Shown piece after piece: positions 1-10,006 of a stretch of 64,000 nt of DNA. Source of the DNA: Candidatus Culexmicrobium cathedralense (GTDB taxonomy: Archaea; Thermoproteota; Methanomethylicia; Culexarchaeales; Culexmicrobiaceae); NCBI GenBank assembly GCA_025061115.1, contig JANZKC010000001.1, positions 1 through 64,000 on the forward strand, read 5' to 3'. The notes below the pieces were generated by a model that worked only from the letters and a program-made list of their open reading frames with translations, did no database searches and was not told where the DNA came from. Made by a program: the position numbers and the translations under genes. Numbering within the stretch: position 1 is the stretch's first letter; every line of letters starts with the position of its first letter.

Positions 1-369
1 TCCGTATTAGTTTATAAACCCGAAATATTAATGCTTGATGAGCCCACAGCAAATATCAGCTATAAGTACGTGGAAAAAATTAAGCAAATTATTAATGAAA
101 TGAAAAGCACGGGTAAAGCCATTTTAATTACGTCGCATAATGTTGAATTTGTAGCTGATAGAGTTTACATATTGAACCACGGCGAAATCATCGCCGAAGG
201 TAGATCCAAGGAAATCCTTACAAATGAGGGGATTTTGGAAATGGCAGAAATGAAAATGCCAATTGCAACCCAAACATCAAAAGCATTGAAAATAAATTCT
301 AATGGAAAGTATCCATTAACTGCTACTGAATTAATAATAATACTTAAAAATAAATTAAAATTAAATTAA
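1..369 (+). CDS. ABC/ECF-type transporter ATP-binding protein, C-terminal part (5' end outside window)
   Basis: Frame is open from base 1 (SVLVYKPEILMLDEPTAN); Walker B/D-loop LDEPT and H-loop ITSHN. Confidence 0.85.
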   Translation, partial: SVLVYKPEILMLDEPTANISYKYVEKIKQIINEMKSTGKAILITSHNVEFVADRVYILNHGEIIAEGRSKEILTNEGILEMAEMKMPIATQTSKALKINSNGKYPLTATELIIILKNKLKLN

Positions 370-383
370 TTTTAATTTATATA

Positions 384-738
384 TTATGTAACTTCTACTC
401 CAAATAGTAGTGATGTAATTCTACCAACAATAAATGTTACTCCAGCAACTTGCCTCTAACAATCGTAATGTTAAGCCTAGTCCAAGCAATCTTAGCGTAA
501 AAGCATATAGCGCTAACTTAAATTTGCTTGCTTTAATTGATGATGGATCACGACCTCTCCTTTCAAGAAAATCATGCCAAAAATTTGCATGCCTAGTTTC
601 CATTTCAGCCATTTTAATTAGCTTCGACCTTATAGACTTGCCAGAATAGAGCTTGGCTAATCGCCTGTAAATAGCTGATGATGATAGTTCATCTGCAAGC
701 GCCAATTTAGCTAATTCGATAATTGTTTCAGCTGACAC
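384..738 (-). pseudogene. Rubrerythrin-like/VIT1(CCC1) iron-export fusion with an internal deletion
   Basis: N-terminal ferritin-like helices (DELSSSAIY...EMETRHANFW) in 421-738; an out-of-frame hydrophobic VIT1-like C-terminus VAGVTFIVGRITSLLFGVEVT* ends at 384. Confidence 0.65.
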
Positions 739-834
739 GCGACTTCACTCCATCATACATTGCCTAGTTAAGCTATATTGTTAACTTCATAAAAACGTTG
801 ATAGGCTAAAAATTGATGAAAGTTTAAGAGATTT

Positions 835-1209
835 CTAGAACTTCCAAAGTCCATGAATGTTGCAGTAAGCTCTTGCAGTTACCTTCTCCGCTTTAATTTC
901 GAATTCTGCTTCAGGCTTATCTCCAGGCTTTAGAAACTTCCTGCAAAGCGCATTATCTGCAATTAATTCTATCCATTCAATATAGTGCTTTTCCTCCATG
1001 GGGTGAGGAGTTGAGCCAACTTTAACTATCACTCTCCCATTCATCATTTCTATTACTGGAACATGCTTCTCCATGCCAGCCTCTTCCGTTTTCTCTGTTA
1101 GCAATTCCATCGGCTGACCACAGCATACAAGCTTACCTGCACCGCCATGCAGCACTTCAACGATGTTCCCGCAAATATTACACTTATAGACCTGCTTTTT
1201 CTCAGGCAT
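835..1209 (-). CDS. dfx: Desulfoferrodoxin (2Fe superoxide reductase)
   Basis: YKCNICGN...LVCCGQPM desulforedoxin domain; EKHVP, HPM, HYI and CNIHGLW SOR ligands. Confidence 0.95.
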   Translation of the reverse strand: MPEKKQVYKCNICGNIVEVLHGGAGKLVCCGQPMELLTEKTEEAGMEKHVPVIEMMNGRVIVKVGSTPHPMEEKHYIEWIELIADNALCRKFLKPGDKPEAEFEIKAEKVTARAYCNIHGLWKF

Positions 1210-1227
1210 GACCGTAACCCCTCGAAG

Positions 1228-1812
1228 CTAGTATTCTTCACATTTTATTTGGAAGTAGTTCCTTGAATGGTGGCAAGATGGACATATTTCAGGAGGCTCT
1301 TCACCATAATGCACATAACCGCACTTTCTACAGACCCAATAAACTTTCTTATCCTTCTTAAACGCTGTTCCGCCTTCAACTTCCTTCAGCAACTTCCTAT
1401 ATCTCTCCTCATGATGCTTTTCAGCTACAGCTATTGCCCTCAACCTTGCTGCAATTTCATTTAATCCTTCCTTCTCAGCTATATCTGCAAATTCAGGATA
1501 CATGGTTGTATGCTCATAATTTTCTCCAGCAATTGCGGCTTTCAAGTTCTCAACAGTATTGCCTAAAATTGTAGGTGCAGCTACCTCAACCCTAATTTCA
1601 TCCAATTTTTCACATGCCTTCCTCTTAAGCTCATTTATTAACTCGAATAGCGTTTCAGCATGCTCCTTCTCATTTTCAGCCGTAATAGTAAATATTTCTG
1701 CTATCTGCTCATACCCCTCCTTCTTAGCAACTTTCGCATAAAAGGTGTACCGATTTCTCGCCATGCTTTCGCCGATAAACGCCTTCATAAGGTTTTCAAT
1801 CGTTTTCCTCAT
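1228..1812 (-). CDS. rbr: Rubrerythrin
   Basis: [19 protein letters not shown] and EKHHEERY diiron motifs; C-terminal CRKCG...CPSC rubredoxin domain. Confidence 0.95.
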   Translation of the reverse strand: MRKTIENLMKAFIGESMARNRYTFYAKVAKKEGYEQIAEIFTITAENEKEHAETLFELINELKRKACEKLDEIRVEVAAPTILGNTVENLKAAIAGENYEHTTMYPEFADIAEKEGLNEIAARLRAIAVAEKHHEERYRKLLKEVEGGTAFKKDKKVYWVCRKCGYVHYGEEPPEICPSCHHSRNYFQIKCEEY

Positions 1813-2027
1813 AAAATCATCACCAATTTAAATTTTAGTATTAATTTTATAAAAATATTTAGTTCGAATTTCTAGCTGTTAATTATAAAACTTCAAGATT
1901 TTAAATTGAATGATTTTACTACGAATAATCGTTTAATTTCAAAATAATTATAAGGTTAAGGAAAAATAAATTTATATTCAAAATATCCTCGGCATTTGAA
2001 TTAACCATCGGGAGCACGGGATGCAGC

Positions 2028-3098
2028 ATGAAGCTGAACATGAAGGAGCTCTGGGCATCAACCATTATCGTTTTCATAATTTTCGCCTTAAGCTCAATAT
2101 GTAGCATTCCCGAAGAGAACTTCATCAGAGAAATCATTTTATTAATTGGATTTATTGCAGGTTTATGGGCAGTATTTAGAGGAAGCGAAGCTGCAGTTGT
2201 TGGTTTGAAGTCAGCGGTAATTCACATCGGACAAACAGAATATACTGCGGGGGTAATTTCTAGCTTAGCATCAAATTCCCCAGAATTGGTTGTAGCTGCA
2301 CTCATGTCCTTTAGAGGGCTCAACATTGGGTCGAAGGAGCTCATTGAAGTTGCCGCGCTAACAGTCATTATTGGTGCAGGATTTAATGTTCTCCTTCTAG
2401 GCTTACTAATCGTCGTAATTTCTTGGAAGAAGGGTGAGGTGAGATTTCCATATAAAGCAATAGCTCATGAAAGCGATCTAATTAGAATGGCGATAGTAAC
2501 GTGCCTACTATTATTTGCATACGCAGTTATTATGAGCGGTGAAGGATCATATCCGAGAGAACTTGGAATTTTCATGCTTGCAACTTATGCCTCCTACGTG
2601 TTCTTCCTCACCAAAAGCCAGAAAATCAAGGCTAAAGCCAAGCCGAACTTGACGAAAAGAGCCACCATGCTTTACCTTGCTTTGGGATTTGCAGCCATTA
2701 TTTTTGGCGGAGAGCTCATCGTAAGATCAGTGGAGTACGTGATTCACGTAGCTCACATAAATATAGTTACAACCGCCATAATTATTGGGTGCATTGGAAG
2801 CATACCTGAGCATGGAGTAGCTTTAATTGGAGCCCACAAGGGATTCGTGGAACTTGGATTAGCAAACTTGCTTGGCGGAATAACTCAATACATATTAGTT
2901 ATATTTGGCATAATGATGATTCTTGTCCCGCTTCCAATCGATGGATACATTATGTTTCAACTAATTTCAATAGCATCCTCCCTATGGATAGTTAAGAAGG
3001 CAATAATAGATGATCAGAAATTGACTTTGGATGAAGGCGTTTTCATTCTCATACTTCAAGTAATGCTTTTCATAATGCTAGAAGAGCTTAGAATGTAA
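2028..3098 (+). CDS. Sodium/calcium (CaCA family) exchanger-like membrane protein
   Basis: About 10 TM segments; two alpha-repeats ASNSPEL and GSIPEH. Confidence 0.75.
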   Translation: MKLNMKELWASTIIVFIIFALSSICSIPEENFIREIILLIGFIAGLWAVFRGSEAAVVGLKSAVIHIGQTEYTAGVISSLASNSPELVVAALMSFRGLNIGSKELIEVAALTVIIGAGFNVLLLGLLIVVISWKKGEVRFPYKAIAHESDLIRMAIVTCLLLFAYAVIMSGEGSYPRELGIFMLATYASYVFFLTKSQKIKAKAKPNLTKRATMLYLALGFAAIIFGGELIVRSVEYVIHVAHINIVTTAIIIGCIGSIPEHGVALIGAHKGFVELGLANLLGGITQYILVIFGIMMILVPLPIDGYIMFQLISIASSLWIVKKAIIDDQKLTLDEGVFILILQVMLFIMLEELRM

Positions 3099-3115
3099 TT
3101 TGGGCGTAAAGCGGA

Positions 3116-4387
3116 TTAGTAATAAACTTGCTTTGGCTCCTTGACCATTGTAAGGAGGAGAATTGCAGTTAATGCTGAAAAGAATATGTCGATGAAGAAT
3201 GGCGTTGCAGGATTTATTTCATATCCAGCACCAGCAATATATCCAATTGGAATGAGCAGTAGTTGATTGAGCATTAATCCAGCAGCATTAATTCTGCCCC
3301 TAAGTCTACGGGGAGTTAAATCTGCCTGCAGCGTCCTTAAGCCAGCTGCTAACCCGCTTCTCGTTACAGATATTGCGGTAACTGCAATGAGGAAGGTGTA
3401 AAAGTCGTATGAAGTTATGAATAAGATGCTTGAAAGCATTAGCGATAGCGACAATAGTATGCTCATCCTCCTTCTACCATACCTATCTATCATGAAGCCA
3501 ACGGCTATGCCCAATAATATCGAAAGCGCATTTGAAATAGTTAATATCAATCCCCAAGAAAATACATCTAAACCTCTAACTTGAGTGTAATATAGAATTC
3601 TGAACTGCCCTATCGTTTGACCCAATGCTCCAGTAAATAGAGCTATCAGTATGCACCAAATCTCCTTAGGCGCCTCCCTTAATGCCTCCACCAAATCAAT
3701 AATTGCCTTTTTAATTGAAACTTTTTCAGCGCTCCTTACCGTCATCGTTTCCTTCAAAAATAATGTTCTTATGATTGCAGCGGTAGTTCCACTTATGAAT
3801 TGAAGTGTAAATGCAATTCTAATACCGAAATCAAAGCCATAGTATTGAATTAACAGTGCTCCTATAGCTGGAGAGAATATTGCAGGTATGCTTGGCAAGT
3901 AGCTTTGCAAGGTAAATCCCATGCCCCTGTACTCGGGCGATAGTGAGTCTGCAGTCATGGCCCTCAAAGCCGGCATATATATTCCAGCTACAGCTGAAAT
4001 GATGGATGCTAGGAAAGCCCACTTCCAATCAAATGCAAAAGCATAGAATAGATATGAGACTGCCATGAAGAAAGTCATTATTGAAATTATTCGCTTCCTA
4101 CCCCACCTATCAGCAATGTATCCTCCAGGTATGAGAACTATGAATCTAATAATTGATGAGGCTGAAGACATTAATCCGATAATAGTTGCACTTCCGCCCA
4201 GCACATCTATTATGAATGGAGACCTATATGGCTGAGCTAATCGCATGGAGAAGCGCCAAACAATCCAACTTACGAGGAGAGTTAGGAAATTACCTTTAAG
4301 CACCTCTCTCCAAACTTTAAAATCCTTAAGGGTAAACTTGCCCCTATCAACAGTGATTAATTCCTCATTATCACTTTCACTCTGCAC
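3116..4387 (-). CDS. MFS transporter
   Basis: Motif A GYIADRWGRKR, repeated as GFMIDRYGRRR; about 12 TM segments. Confidence 0.9.
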   Translation of the reverse strand: MQSESDNEELITVDRGKFTLKDFKVWREVLKGNFLTLLVSWIVWRFSMRLAQPYRSPFIIDVLGGSATIIGLMSSASSIIRFIVLIPGGYIADRWGRKRIISIMTFFMAVSYLFYAFAFDWKWAFLASIISAVAGIYMPALRAMTADSLSPEYRGMGFTLQSYLPSIPAIFSPAIGALLIQYYGFDFGIRIAFTLQFISGTTAAIIRTLFLKETMTVRSAEKVSIKKAIIDLVEALREAPKEIWCILIALFTGALGQTIGQFRILYYTQVRGLDVFSWGLILTISNALSILLGIAVGFMIDRYGRRRMSILLSLSLMLSSILFITSYDFYTFLIAVTAISVTRSGLAAGLRTLQADLTPRRLRGRINAAGLMLNQLLLIPIGYIAGAGYEINPATPFFIDIFFSALTAILLLTMVKEPKQVYY

Positions 4388-4895
4388 TTTACTTCCTCAC
4401 CCGCATCATTGGATTTCATTATATTTATTTCCAAAACTTTTATCGTTTACCAATCCAAAACATACATTGTGATGTTAAGTTGTTGAATTCAAATCAAGCT
4501 TGTAATTGACTACTGCTAAAGCAACTTAAATTCGTTCTCCTTCACAACTTTAATAAGCCATTCTAAGAAGAGCTTCAAAAGCAATTGAGCTTAACTAATA
4601 ATAAAATTTAAAATTTAATTTTTAATCGTAGAGATCTCTAATTATAAAGTCTAGGCCTAGTCTTCGCAGAGTTGATCTCAGCGTGTCGTGCTCCTTTCCC
4701 GCTCCTTTTGGAGGTGGCTCTAGAAATCTTGGACAGCCAATATACGCTACGTGCTCAAATATTAACCGCATATGCGGTAATGCAAACTTGAGAAAATAAA
4801 TTTAAAAGTGAAGATAGAACATCTAATTCATCTTTACCCAGCACATTTTAATTAAATATAAAAATTACTTATGCAATTAAATTATTCCAGCACGT

Positions 4896-7088
4896 TTGCA
4901 TGGTGAAATCATGATTAATAATGAGTGGCTCGGAAAAGTTGACATCACCTTGAAAAGAGCCGTGGCCGGAAGCTTATCTTCATGGACAATCACATACACT
5001 GTAGGAAAATATGGCATAGATGATAAGGGCAGCATACTCATAGTTCAGCGAGACATCTCCGACATGCAAATTCCCCAATTCGATCATCCAAGCAAACCCG
5101 GATACGTAACTGTCAAAACAAATGGAAAAGCTAAGCTGAAAATCTCATTTCACAATAGAATTTTCATTCGACCATGGAGAAGCGGCCTGCTCATAAAAGT
5201 TTACGACGGAGCTTTGAAGGAAGGAGACAAGGTAGTAATGACATTTGGAGATAAAAATTCCGGCTGCCCTGGATTCAAAATCCAAACTTTCCGTGAAAAA
5301 AGGCACATCTTCAGAGTTTTAGTAGATCCATTTGGAACTGGAAAGTACATGGATGTTGAGCCGCCTCCAGTCATGCAGATCGTAGGCGGCCCAGCTGAAA
5401 AGCTTGAAATTGTAGCTCCATCAATCGTTGAAGTTAGAGAAAAATTTAATGTGATTATAAGGGCATTGGACCGCTGGGGAAACCCGTCAGAGTCGTACAT
5501 TGATGAAGTAAGATTTTCATGCAGCGATGAGCTAGCCCTAATTCCAGACAGCTATCGCTTTGATGGTGAAAATTTGGCAGCTGCACGCGTAGGAGAATTT
5601 GCATTAAGCACTCCAGGCATCCACCACATCTACGCTGAAAGCAAATCCGGGCTAACAGCCATAAGCAATCCAATTCTATGCATAAGTAAGAAGATTGAAC
5701 ATCGAATATTCTGGGGCGACCTTCACGGCCAAACTGAAATAACCATTGGAACCGGCACAGTTGAAGAATACTTCAAATACGCTAGAGATGTAGCTGGGCT
5801 AGATTTCACGTCATGGCAAGGAAATGACTTCCAAATTGAAGGCAAAGATTGGTGGGAGGACGTTTGCATTCAAGTTCAGAAATTTCATGAGCCAGGTAAA
5901 TTCGTGACATTTCTAGGATACGAGTGGAGCGGAATAACCTCTGCAGGGGGAGACCATAACATCATTTTTCTACACGACTACCAGCAAATTTACAGAAGCA
6001 GCCACTGGCTAATTAAAGATAAATCAGATGCCTACACCGACAGATATCCAATCACTGAACTATGGAAAACATTCAAGGGAAGAAGAGATGTCATGGCCAT
6101 TCCACACGTTGGCGGCCGACCGGCAAACTTCGACTTCTACAATCCCGAATTTATAAGGGTAATAGAGATTTACTCTCAGCACGGCCTCTTCGAATGGTTT
6201 GCAAGAGAAGCGCTAGATAGAGGCTTAGAGGTAGGCTTCATAGCAAGCAGCGACGACCACACTGGAAGACCAGGACTAACACGCCCAACAGATGAAGTTC
6301 AAATAGGAGAGCCATTCGGAGTTAAAGGAGGACTAACAGGAGTATTCGCAGAAAGATTGACGAGAGAAGCAATATGGGAAGCACTTTGGAATAGAAGATG
6401 CTATGCAACAACTGGAGACAGAATAATCCTATACTTCTACGCGGACAGCCACTTCATGGGAGAAAAATACACTACAAATAAACCCCCAAAACTACATTTG
6501 AAAGTCATAGGAACAAGCGGAATTCAAGAAATCGAACTAAGAAGAGGATCAACAACAATCCACAACCACATCGTTCCAGGAAAAGCAAAAAGCCTCATAA
6601 AAGTCGAGTGGAGCGGCTTAAAAACAAAATACAGATCAAAGAGAACTGTCTGGAATGGAGAGCTAACCCTAGATAAAGGTAGAATTTTAAACGCACATCC
6701 CTACGCATTTGACCGGCCAGAAGAAGGCATAACCTCAATTACAAGCAGGAAAGTAACATGGAAATCAACAAGCTACGGAGATCCAGACGGAATAATACTT
6801 GAAATAGATGCACCAGACGATGCAACATTAACATTCAACTCAACACAGGGAAAAATAAAGTTCAAGCTAGGCGAAGTCAGGAAGACTATTAAAACAGTCT
6901 ATTTAGGACCCATAGATAAGAAGGTCAGAGTCGTACCGCTACAAGACTCAAGAAACACAAAAGAAATAACCTTCACATACACTGACCGCGAAATAAAGCC
7001 AGGAACAAACCCATACTGGGTAAAAATAGTCCAATGGAATGGCGAAATAGCTTGGAGCAGCCCAATATTCATAAAATACAAACCTTAA
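4896..7088 (+). CDS. DUF3604-family PHP-like metallohydrolase
   Basis: WGDLHGQT, GYEWS, IPH, SSDDH and YATTG motifs; C-terminal WSSPIF. Confidence 0.75.
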   Translation: MHGEIMINNEWLGKVDITLKRAVAGSLSSWTITYTVGKYGIDDKGSILIVQRDISDMQIPQFDHPSKPGYVTVKTNGKAKLKISFHNRIFIRPWRSGLLIKVYDGALKEGDKVVMTFGDKNSGCPGFKIQTFREKRHIFRVLVDPFGTGKYMDVEPPPVMQIVGGPAEKLEIVAPSIVEVREKFNVIIRALDRWGNPSESYIDEVRFSCSDELALIPDSYRFDGENLAAARVGEFALSTPGIHHIYAESKSGLTAISNPILCISKKIEHRIFWGDLHGQTEITIGTGTVEEYFKYARDVAGLDFTSWQGNDFQIEGKDWWEDVCIQVQKFHEPGKFVTFLGYEWSGITSAGGDHNIIFLHDYQQIYRSSHWLIKDKSDAYTDRYPITELWKTFKGRRDVMAIPHVGGRPANFDFYNPEFIRVIEIYSQHGLFEWFAREALDRGLEVGFIASSDDHTGRPGLTRPTDEVQIGEPFGVKGGLTGVFAERLTREAIWEALWNRRCYATTGDRIILYFYADSHFMGEKYTTNKPPKLHLKVIGTSGIQEIELRRGSTTIHNHIVPGKAKSLIKVEWSGLKTKYRSKRTVWNGELTLDKGRILNAHPYAFDRPEEGITSITSRKVTWKSTSYGDPDGIILEIDAPDDATLTFNSTQGKIKFKLGEVRKTIKTVYLGPIDKKVRVVPLQDSRNTKEITFTYTDREIKPGTNPYWVKIVQWNGEIAWSSPIFIKYKP

Positions 7089-7134
7089 AGAAAATCCCCG
7101 CCATACCAAAGCTTCAAACCTACTCATCGCATGC

Positions 7135-7683
7135 TTAAAGTTCTTCCACTGCTTGGAGAAGCTTACCAAACTCCTCAAAGCTAACAATTTCACTAAGCTT
7201 CTTCCTCCGCCTAATGAGATGGAGAAACTTACCTGCAAAATCAAATTTCTCGCGGGGATAGCCTACAGCAAGAAGCGCTACAACTTTAAAGCGCTCCGGA
7301 ATTTTCAAAAGCCTTTTAACCTGCTCCTCATTAAAGCTGCCAACCCAGCAAGTCCCCAAACCCTCAGCAGTAGCAGCTAAAACCATGTTTTGCATAGCAA
7401 TTGCCGTGTCAACAACATGCCATTTAGGCGAAGCCTTCATATCTCCACAGCCAACAATGACAACTGGAGCCTCAGCCAAAAATCTAGCAAACATACCACT
7501 CCTAGAAAGCTTCTCCCTAATTGAAGGATCAGTCACAACAATGAAGTGCCAAGGCTGAATATTGCCAGCTGATGGAGCCAACCTGCCAGCCTCCAAAATT
7601 CGCAAAAGCTTCTCCCTAGGAACTGGGGTCGATTTGTAAGCTCGAACAGACCTCCTAATACGAATAGCTTCAAAAACCTCCAT
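7135..7683 (-). CDS. Nitroreductase family protein
   Basis: RRSVRAY, APSAGNIQPWHF, GLGTCWVG. Confidence 0.92.
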   Translation of the reverse strand: MEVFEAIRIRRSVRAYKSTPVPREKLLRILEAGRLAPSAGNIQPWHFIVVTDPSIREKLSRSGMFARFLAEAPVVIVGCGDMKASPKWHVVDTAIAMQNMVLAATAEGLGTCWVGSFNEEQVKRLLKIPERFKVVALLAVGYPREKFDFAGKFLHLIRRRKKLSEIVSFEEFGKLLQAVEEL

Positions 7684-7840
7684 ACTTCACACCAACCCTC
7701 AAAGCAACCTACAAACTAACTTTCAAGTATAAAACCAAAAACTTTACAAGCAAACATGTATTTAAAATCCACCAGTACCACTAGCAGATAAGTAAGAACT
7801 TAAATATAAGAAATAACAAAGATACATGGAGACTAAATAA

Positions 7841-8137
7841 ATGCCACATTTTATAGCTATTCATAAATGGAAGAAAGAAAACACCTCAACAGTATTAAAG
7901 AAAGTAATAGAAGTTCTAAAACAACTCCCAGAAGATATCTGTATATGCCATTCATACTCGAAAGATTTGGAAGCATGGTGCATATATAAAGCAAAAACTG
8001 AGGATGCGGGAGAACAAATTAAAAAATTATTTGAAGAACACGTTCCAGAAATGGAAACCGAAGTCAAATCAGTATTACAATTCTATCCACCATCAGAGGA
8101 TCTCTACTCACTAATATACGATCTGGTAAAAAGCTAG
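7841..8137 (+). CDS. Small hypothetical protein (possibly DUF4242/dimeric alpha-beta barrel-like)
   Basis: Clean ORF with TATA-like TTAAATATA and GGAG upstream; F-x-x-x-H N-terminus and WCIY motif. Confidence 0.55.
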   Translation: MPHFIAIHKWKKENTSTVLKKVIEVLKQLPEDICICHSYSKDLEAWCIYKAKTEDAGEQIKKLFEEHVPEMETEVKSVLQFYPPSEDLYSLIYDLVKS

Positions 8138-8197
8138 GATAATCCAAAAATCTCCACTCCTATTTTACTTTCATCTCAACTCAACATGATACATGGA

Positions 8198-10006
8198 TTA
8201 GCGAGTAAATAGACGTTCTAGCAGCAATTCTTCATTGTTAGGCGCTCTGATAAATACTGGAATATTCTTCCTCCTCGTAGCTTTATGCGATACGAATAGC
8301 CATTCGCCAGTGTCTAGTAATGCGGTTTTATCAAGTATTTCTGGACTCACCCCTGAAGCTTCAGCAATAACATGCCGGTCATAGCCTCTCGGCAGCGTGC
8401 CAGCAAAATAGCTATGCAACTGCTGAATAGCATTCACGTTCAAGTGGGCAACTCTCTGAGTACTTATCCACCCATGAATCCTATACTTCCTACCCTGCCG
8501 TAAAAGCCGCTCAACAGCTAAATTCGACTGAGCAGTAAAATCATCCTGCCTAACCCTATCAGGAATAAACTCCTGAGCCTCATCAATCACGACTAGCACT
8601 CTAGCGCCGCGAGTACTGCGCTTCCTCAACGCAAAAAGCTCGTCAATCAACCTGCTAACAAACTGCCTAGCCTTAATTGGCTCAGGCAAATAGCAAATAA
8701 ACAGCCTCAAATCACTTTCACTCATAGGTTTAATCAACTCAAACGCAATATCTTCAGGCGCGTAATCCTGCTTTTCACCCTCCTCCTTACTTTTCGACTC
8801 TTCAAAGAACTCTAAGATTTCACGAATAGTATTCAGCAATTTCTGAGGAGGATACCTTCTCCGGGAAAGATCAGCTTCATGAGTTGTAAGAATTGAAATA
8901 ACTTCACCATAAGCATCCTCATAATTCCTCTTCAATTGGTCAACAGTTAATGTTGGGCTTAAGCCCTTAAGCGCGCGCTTAAGCTCATCGTAAATTCTTT
9001 GGGCCCTCAACTTAATGTCAGGCCTATCGTCAGCCATAAAGGCTTCAAAGCTCGATAATATATCCTCAACAGTCAATGAAATCTCCTTAGCCAAATTAAT
9101 AAACCTCACCTTACCCTTTCGGAACAGCTCTCCAGCAAGCTTCCTAAGCAAATCATCAGAGCCAAACTTGGAATTAATCATTTCCAGAAGAGTTTCAGGA
9201 ATAGCCTGCGAAGCCAGGAAAGCTTCAACCTTATCCTCAGCCAACATGTAATTCTCAGTCGTAAAGATCAATCCGCACTCAAGAACCTTATCAATCAAAT
9301 TAATTCCGTACTCGCCAGCCACATCAACAATGATAACCCTAGTATCATCAAGATTATCAAGCACATTCCTAATAACCAGCGAAGTTAAATTCGACTTGCC
9401 AGCTCCAGTGAAACCGAAAACTCCGCCGTGATATTTAATGAGCTTAAGCACGTCAATCTTCAATTCATGATTAAAGCCAACCATCTCACCAATACCTATG
9501 CCATCCTCAACATTAACCAGCTTATCAACAGCCTCGCGAGAAAGCAGATAGGCTTCAGCGCCTACAAGCGGCATGAAAGTCTCATCACGAATAAAGTTAA
9601 CTTCGCCGCCATCAATCTTCATAACGTAGCCAGTGTAAATAGCATAAATGTCAATCCAAGTATCTTCGCTTTCACCCCACATATTATAGATTTCCTCGAG
9701 AAACTCGCCGCGCAGAGTTTTAGGCATGCTGACATCCATCGACAACTCCTGATAATGAATAGGCTTAGCGCTAACAACCTCATAAATAAGGTAAACCTCA
9801 CCTGTGCTGGTCGGGCGCTTCAAAGCCAAAAAGCAAGGCTTACTCAGACGATCGAGAACTTCAATGTCAAATGCAGCCTCAAACACTCCAATAATGCTGG
9901 TTAATACTATTCTGCCCTCCTCATAAGTCCTAGTCTTAACCTGAGTCTGACGCAACCTAGCCCTAAACTTACCATTAAAATCCTCAAAAAGTCTCAAGCT
10001 ACTCAT
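8198..10006 (-). CDS. herA: HerA-like (FtsK/HerA, DUF87) ATPase
   Basis: HGGVFGFTGAGKS Walker A, VIIVDVAGEY, VIDEAQEF, RQGRKY, STQR; N-terminal HAS-barrel-like region; overlaps the upstream NurA gene. Confidence 0.85.
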   Translation of the reverse strand: MSSLRLFEDFNGKFRARLRQTQVKTRTYEEGRIVLTSIIGVFEAAFDIEVLDRLSKPCFLALKRPTSTGEVYLIYEVVSAKPIHYQELSMDVSMPKTLRGEFLEEIYNMWGESEDTWIDIYAIYTGYVMKIDGGEVNFIRDETFMPLVGAEAYLLSREAVDKLVNVEDGIGIGEMVGFNHELKIDVLKLIKYHGGVFGFTGAGKSNLTSLVIRNVLDNLDDTRVIIVDVAGEYGINLIDKVLECGLIFTTENYMLAEDKVEAFLASQAIPETLLEMINSKFGSDDLLRKLAGELFRKGKVRFINLAKEISLTVEDILSSFEAFMADDRPDIKLRAQRIYDELKRALKGLSPTLTVDQLKRNYEDAYGEVISILTTHEADLSRRRYPPQKLLNTIREILEFFEESKSKEEGEKQDYAPEDIAFELIKPMSESDLRLFICYLPEPIKARQFVSRLIDELFALRKRSTRGARVLVVIDEAQEFIPDRVRQDDFTAQSNLAVERLLRQGRKYRIHGWISTQRVAHLNVNAIQQLHSYFAGTLPRGYDRHVIAEASGVSPEILDKTALLDTGEWLFVSHKATRRKNIPVFIRAPNNEELLLERLFTR

